A model generated the notes under the pieces. That model did no database searches. It was not told the origin of the DNA and was given only the letters and a program-made list of their open reading frames with translations. A program made the position numbers and the translations under genes. A stretch of 63,228 nt of DNA, counting the filler, from Cercozoa sp. M6MM (lineage: Eukaryota; Protista; Endomyxa: Ascetosporea), in the NCBI GenBank assembly GCA_040357565.1. It is 8 parts of 8 records of this genome, joined end to end, with 100 filler letters (N's around TTAATTAATTAA, not from the genome) between each part and the next. Parts side by side here need not be neighbours in the genome. Positions count along the whole stretch, not along the records: positions 48,621 to 62,002 come from JBDODJ010000359.1; positions 62,103 to 63,228 come from JBDODJ010002158.1; 6 more parts are not named here. The stretch is one strand, 5' to 3'. Below, piece after piece: positions 57,001 through 63,228 of the stretch; position 1 is the first letter of the stretch, and each line of letters opens with the position of its first letter.

Positions 57001-59026
57001 TCTCTCTGGAGAGGCCTCCTATAAATCCGGGAACTTCACGATCTTGTGGGTTTTCTTGGGAATAGGCTGGCTTTGCGACATCTTCTGGCTCGTCGACATG
57101 TACATGAGAGCAACGGTGTTTGGGTATCGCGACGCGCAGTCTCAAAGCATCATCCTCAACAAGGCGAAAATCAAGCAACATTACATCCACTCATGGCGCT
57201 TTAAGAAGCACCTCCTACGCGGGTTTCCGTGGGAAATCATCGGACTGATCGTCGTTCTTAGCAGCAGTTCGCTTGGCACGAGTAACATCCCTACTGCTTT
57301 AGCACTATCGCGTATCCCAAAACTGACGCGGATCGGGCAACTGTGGAAAGGCATGGCGATTCTTGACGCGTAGGATGTTACTGGAAATCTCTTCCATTCA
57401 TTCAAATTGTCATGTAACGGTAGGTTGGAGGAAAGAAACATAATGCGGTTGTCCTTTGTGACGATCGCTGCGATCAAGATTTTTGCCGCGTACGTCCTTG
57501 TCATGCATTTGTTTGCGTGTGCTTGGTTTGGCATAGCGAATTTCGATGCAAGTGAGAGTTGGTACCTGACAACTTGACGCCGTGAGCTTGTCTTGATGGG
57601 TGGTTGATTATTCACTGCATCGATGCAGGTGGCGTTTCGATCCACACTTACGAAAGCTACTGGATCACGACGAACCAAGCCCGTTTTCTGATCTTCCTGG
57701 AGCATGGACCTGCTACATTCGCTCATTGTACGTCGCACTCTGCACTCTTTCAACAGTTGGAAACGGAGACGTCCCTCCCGGCACGCCAGCGGAGACGCTT
57801 CTTCAACTGTTTCAAGTAGCTGCGAGCGCCGTGCTTTTTGCGGCACTTGTTGGTGCACTGTCAGCAATCGAAACAGAACGACAGTCCGAAGTACCATTGT
57901 ATTTTCAGTTCTTTCGGCACATGCCTCTGTATTTTTATGGCTAACCTATATCAAAGGGCGAGTTGCTGCACCGACGTCAACTCGCTGCTGTGCGATTGTT
58001 GTTGGACAGGCGGCAAGTTCCGAGTGATATTTGCCGAGAGATCGAAGCTCGCTTCGAGCGAGCCGTCAACATTGCTTCGGTGTCTACGAGAACGGGGGTT
58101 CGAGGAAGAAGCGATGCAACGGAGTTCAATTTGACCTGTCGGCACCTTCCAATGGGCATGCAGTGTGAGCTGCTTCGTTACTTCTTCAGTCCATTGTTGC
58201 GCGAGACGAAGCTACTTGACGATATCGCGTCTGATCCGGAGCTGCTTGAACTAATTTTGACGCGCCTGGAGCACCAAGTCTTTGAGCACGGTGACACCTT
58301 GTTCCTGAAGCACGAGACCTGCAATTCGCTTTACTTTGTTTTGCGGGGAATGGTCGAAACCTCAAGCAGCGGCAACCTTGATGAGGCGGATGATCAACGC
58401 TTTGTCGGACATGTGCTGGATCCAGACGGATTTTATAAGAAGGTACTCACGCTACCAGCGTACCCTCGCCTCGAATATCTTTGCTTATGAACTCCCAGGC
58501 ACACCGACGGTCTACTCGAGCGGTGGGCAAGTGCGAGATCCTCATTTTGCGCCGAAACGTTTGGCAACATTTGCTGAGCGAGCGCCCTGCTTTAAGGAGA
58601 ACACAGTTAGCTGTGCTGACAGGCGATGCCCCTCGAAAGTCGGATCAGATCAAAAGGCTACGCGACACGATGCGACGTGAAAGCACCGCGCAACTCTTGA
58701 CGCGACTGCGTCGCCGGCATCATCTGTCGCTTGAGCCTCGGAAAAGCGAAAAACTCGAAACCGAGAAACGAAAGCGCCGGCATCGCTCCTTGCTTGCGCC
58801 TGTTCGCATGTCTGGCCTCTCCCCTGCGCAGATTCGTCAACACCGCAATCGCTCGATGCAGCAACTAGATGTAGCCAAGCTGTCGGCTTCACAGCAGGAC
58901 GACCTCACTGACTTCGATGCGGGTGTAGAGATGCCAAGACAGGAGAGCGTCCGCGTTACTGTGGCCTCCAAGACCGCTGTAGCAAGAAGCCACTCGTCTT
59001 CGGCGTCAAGTACTGGTACCGCTTAG
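50742..59026 (+). CDS. four-repeat (pseudo-tetrameric) cyclic-nucleotide-binding-domain ion channel, CNGK-like, about 2,500 aa, 10 exons
   Basis: Nine GT-AG introns (donors 50878, 51425, 53111, 53873, 55010, 57370, 57562, 57891, 58443) join the ORFs into one frame containing four 6TM + pore + C-linker + CNBD units. Confidence 0.88.
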
Positions 59027-59273
59027 TTTTTTACCTTCAAAATGACCTCTCTCTCTCTCTCTCTCTCTCTCAGTTCATCGGTGTCTGCGTAGTATCTGAC
59101 GGTACTGGTATGAGTAGCGATGAAAAATCTGCTAGTGACTCTGAAACAGAAAACTGCAGTTGAAGGTTTAGTCAAGTAAAAGTAGCTGATAGTGCCAATG
59201 TTGGCTATTGATGGATTTTGTCGGCTACAGCATACCAGAACTCCAGGAGTGACGTTGGCTAGCTGACTCCCTC

Positions 59274-59477
59274 TTAAGTCTGAGCCCAGTGCCGCAATAG
59301 CAAGTTCGCGCAGTTGCCTGTTTTAATACCCAATAACCAAAGACTGAAGGGTTGGCACCATTTCCATACAGGCAATATAAGTTTACGAGCAGCTACGCAT
59401 GACATCTCCATGGCAGAGGCGCTATGCTCGATCGTGTTGGCATACAGCACGCGTCGTTTGTGAATTTGATCTTCTGC

Positions 59478-59529
<52 letters not shown>

Positions 59530-61972
59530 TGCACACACACACGCACACACACACAAACAAACACACGCACACGATACAGGACGCAGCAGTTACATGGAAG
59601 CTGCTTACCATACGGCGTCGGCATAAGCGACGTCAGATCAAAGGGCAGGAAGGTCTCAGGACACACGAAGCGTGGATAGGCGTCGAACGCCACAACACGG
59701 TGCCAGTGCACGCTTTCGAACAGTGAGTCGAGAACCTGCAGTGATAAGACACCTGCTGAATGATAATTCCGAGAAAGGAAATCTGGACACCTCTTGTGTG
59801 GCAGGACATGGCGTGGTGAAGAACTTGCAGATGCGACGCGTCTCGCTGTCGTGCACGAGCTTGGTTCCCAGTCCTGCAAAGGAATGAGTTGCTCCAACAC
59901 AATGACGATTGAAGGTATCTTACCGTGCACGATGCAGGGTGCATCCTCACGTGTCTCCTGTGCAACGTGAGACTTCTCGTTTGCTATTCTTAAAGCGAAA
60001 TGCCTCTCCCCTACAGGTACCTCAGTTCGAATGTCGAACTTGTCGCAGAAGAGAATCTCATTTACGTCACGTTGACTGTGCTCCTTGAGTGTCTGATTTG
60101 TACCAGTAGCTCACGCAATAATCCCACAAAGTTTGAAGCATGCGTACCCCGTCAACAAAGTTGACAAAGACCCGACGGAAGGTGCGCGTCTCGGTGCAGT
60201 CGACGATGCCGGTAATGTCGCGCAACTGAGCGGTTGATAGGGGCGCACACAACACTACGTGGTCGAACACGTCGCTGCCACCGCTGTGAGTGAGGCGCAC
60301 TCCGTCGGCAAGCAGCTCGATGTGCGACACCTGCCGTACAGCAGTCAGGTGATTGTGCAACTGATGCTGCTGTTTGCGAGATTGTGCACTGAGTCTATGT
60401 TATTTTACTTCGTTGTCGAGCTGTGCCTCCAGAGTCGTCTGCAATAACATCGACTGTCAACAACACAACAACAAATCGAACTGTACTGTACGTCAGGATC
60501 GTCTCGGAACTGACGCAGCAGGCGGCGTGGAATGCTGGCGAAGGTCTCCTAGAGAGAACGACCGGTGAGCCTACTCCTGGGAAGGATAAGTGAAGGATAC
60601 ACACCTTGGCAAGCAGAGTGGACTCGCTGCCCAGAGCGAGTGGAGTCAGTCCGATGAAGCCACCGACTGTTGCCACAGAGGCATGGGAAGAACACATGGA
60701 AACAACTGAAGTTTGCTGTACACGCATTCATCGTCAGTTGCGACTGCGTGTCTGCATTTCACAAAGATATATGGCACCTCAACAGCTATATTACATGTAT
60801 ATGAATACATAACGATCAGGGGCACAGTTGCATCGCACAGCACACTCGACGAGTTCCTTCAGCACCAAAGGCAGTTGATCAAAGTCGTTCGACTTCTGAG
60901 TCCCTCAAAAGAACCATAGTTTATTTTCCTGGAGAATCTACAGTCTCAAAGCATGTAGGGTATAGTACGGCATCAGTAGAGTGCGTACACTCGAGCAGTG
61001 CGTCAACGAAACATCGTTGCGTCAGTTGGAAGAGTGATGGGCCCATCAGCGCCTCCACAGAGTCGTAGCACTCTCCTGCATCACCTCCAACTCGGTACTT
61101 GTGCATCAGTCAGCGGTACCTTGCTCCAGTCGATCGCACATCGAGGAAAAGTCCCGCACCACGTCGTTCACTCTGCTGATCAGTCGGTCTTCTGACAAGA
61201 AAAGAGTGACTGCCATTGTACGTGTACAGGTGCTGTAACAACTGCTGTACACATGTTGAGGGGTCCGTATCGCCAGGCCGCCTTGATGGCAGAGATCCAA
61301 GACCAGGTCGAATCGCGGAACACTTCTCTGTTGTTTACCCATAAAGTATAGCAGTATAGTAGGTGCTTAGAGACATAAAGTATTAACTGGACTAATACTG
61401 CACCCTGCTGCCGAAGTAATGACGGTGGCACCTTGTCGTCCGACCACTTTCTTTGCAAACTCCGACTCGCTGAGCAGCGTCACTTTGGCCTGTCCGTCAG
61501 TGTAAATTTCGCTTTAGACTACTGCAACAGAAGATGTACCGTATCTGCCAGCTTCTTTAGGAAGCGATTGTCACTCACGATGATTGATCCACCTGCGTCG
61601 AACCAGCCTGTCCCCAAAGCACCATAGGTAGAGAAACCACTGGGTTAGGCTCTCGTCAGCCAACGAACGACCCTGGGCAGTACCCGAGGATGCGCGTTTC
61701 TCGTCACTCCAAGCAGCTACATCTGACTCTAACTGGTCACTGTCCGCCTGGAAAGCTTCGTCAGAGTCATGCAGTTCGCGTTGCTCACTGGACAGCTCTT
61801 CAGTTCCAGCACCGGTACCACCGAAAGCGAGGTGTACACTCCGCAAACGGCCGCCGAAAATGCGTTCCTTTTCAAACACGGTGATGTGGCATTGTGAGTC
61901 GGAGCTGTCACTGCTGAGAACTCCTTGTTCACACAGTGTCGCACAAAACGCGGCAGCGCAAACACCTCCACC
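59274..61972 (-). CDS. PCYOX1: prenylcysteine oxidase / farnesylcysteine lyase (5' truncated)
   Basis: Rossmann start GGGVCAA..ITVFEKERIFGGRL, FDAGGSIIVSDN, WISAIKAAWRYG, FDAYP, LYANTIEHSASAMEMSCVAA|RNCANL. Confidence 0.85.
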
Positions 61973-62102
61973 TGCACAAGCCGCCAGGGATGAAAAAAAA
62001 AANNNNNNNNNNNNNNNNNNNNNNNNNNNNNNNNNNNNNNNNNNNNTTAATTAATTAANNNNNNNNNNNNNNNNNNNNNNNNNNNNNNNNNNNNNNNNNN
62101 NN

Positions 62103-63100
62103 AAAACTACGATGATGGGCTTGCCGATACGGAAGTGAACACCACGCGCGAAACGTTCCTTCAGGTCCGTGATGCACCTAGGGGAAGACAAGGGTTAAAG
62201 GGGATAGCGGGGTAGGAGCGTCCACGTACCGTTCGAGATGCAACTCGCCGGTGGTCACAATGACGTGCTCGCCCGTCTCTTGCACGCTCACTTCCTGTAT
62301 CAGAGTGGTAGCGGTAGTCAAGAGTGGAGGGGGGGGGGCAATTACCACATTGGAGTCGGCCTGCGCCAGTAGTTTTAGTCCTTTCACCTGCCAGAACACA
62401 CACATACAGCGGGGTCAAGAGGGGGGGGGGGGGGGCAAAACACACCAAGCGGTCCATTTGCGCGTAACGACGCGGCGTGACGGCTACTTTGAGAATCGGC
62501 GACGCCTGCGACGTCATCGGACGGAACAGTCTGCCCAACAGCATGGAGGCAAAGGGTAAGGGCTAGGGGAAGTAAAGGAAGGTAGAAACACACCGCGTGG
62601 CAGCAACGTTACTGTCGGTCAGAGTCGCCGTGCTGCCGATCTATTTCACGGGAGGGGGGGAGGGGTAACGGGATAGGGTGACAGAGGGGGGGGGGGTTAA
62701 AAGGAGTAAAACCACATGGTCAAGCCCAGCGACACCAAAGATGCAACCGGCCGGTACGCAGGCGACGCGGCGAATCTCGTGACCCATCAGAAGGTACAGT
62801 CGCGCACGTGTCTGATCGGCACCGCGATCACTCGGATCACTGGTGCGATCATTCTGATCGGCAGTAACCACGTGTCGATCAACCGCGTCGTCAGAGCGGT
62901 AGATGCACAAGTCCGTCTCGCGGAGCACACCTGCGTACACACTAGAGTAGAGTCTTATTCGTTTTACCGGCGGAGAGAGTATACCACGGAAGACGCGGCC
63001 AAACCCGACAAATTTAATGTCGTCAGCGGCCGTTTCCGGCTCTGCCTGCTCCTGACCCGCTTGCTCCTCTGCTGGTCATGCATATAGACTTAGATTTATA
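62103..63100 (-). CDS. EFL1: elongation factor-like GTPase 1 (EFL1/Ria1), internal fragment
   Basis: FVGFGRVFSG, LYLLMGHEIRRVACVPAGCIFGVAGL, PILKVAVTP, VKGLKLLAQADSNV|EVSVQETGEHVIVTTGELHLER|CITDLKERFA. Confidence 0.85.
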
Positions 63101-63129
63101 TGTGCAGACATCTATCGTTGACGTAAACA

Positions 63130-63133
<4 letters not shown>

Positions 63134-63226
<93 letters not shown>
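63134..63226 (+). repeat. (CA)n microsatellite
   Basis: Perfect dinucleotide run at the window end. Confidence 0.95.

Positions 63227-63228
<2 letters not shown>

Noticed and set aside
51420-58500. Stop-codon readthrough or an alternative genetic code between adjacent channel ORFs
   Set aside because: Every break is explained by a short GT-AG intron that restores the frame; I found no in-frame stop at a conserved position in the genes I traced.

Overview
This is gene-dense, intron-rich eukaryotic (protist-like) DNA; the organism cannot be identified from the sequence alone. The window is not contiguous: seven artificial 100-nt linkers (N44-TTAATTAATTAA-N44) join eight unrelated contigs or scaffolds, most of which break at (CA/GT)n or poly-G/poly-A runs. 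The introns I traced are short (mostly about 40-130 nt) GT-AG introns, with frequent GTAC donors and many micro-exons, so the ORF track fragments most genes. Spliced by hand, the window encodes a CDKL kinase, an ERCC4/HhH-like protein, EF-hand TMEM65, a signal-peptide/HDEL JmjC oxygenase, an RBR E3 ligase fragment, a KMT2/MLL-like methyltransferase, a large multi-exon type I membrane protein, a PTC7 fragment, a PB1 protein, a Tyr-rich repeat protein, a Rho/Rac GTPase, PABP, a possible ATM/Tel1 N-terminus, a roughly 2,500-aa four-repeat cyclic-nucleotide-binding-domain channel, prenylcysteine oxidase and an EFL1 fragment. The main findings are: (1) the single-chain four-repeat channel has four different pore filters (TVGFGD, TIGYGD, VVVIGD, TVGNGD) and only one fully canonical CNBD; (2) the KMT2 post-SET exon lies 10 kb away on the opposite strand; (3) a protein with Tyr every fifth residue and an RG tail; (4) GTAC-biased, +5G-poor splice donors; (5) an orphan RPL27A exon. 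All gene models are manual, with no RNA evidence.
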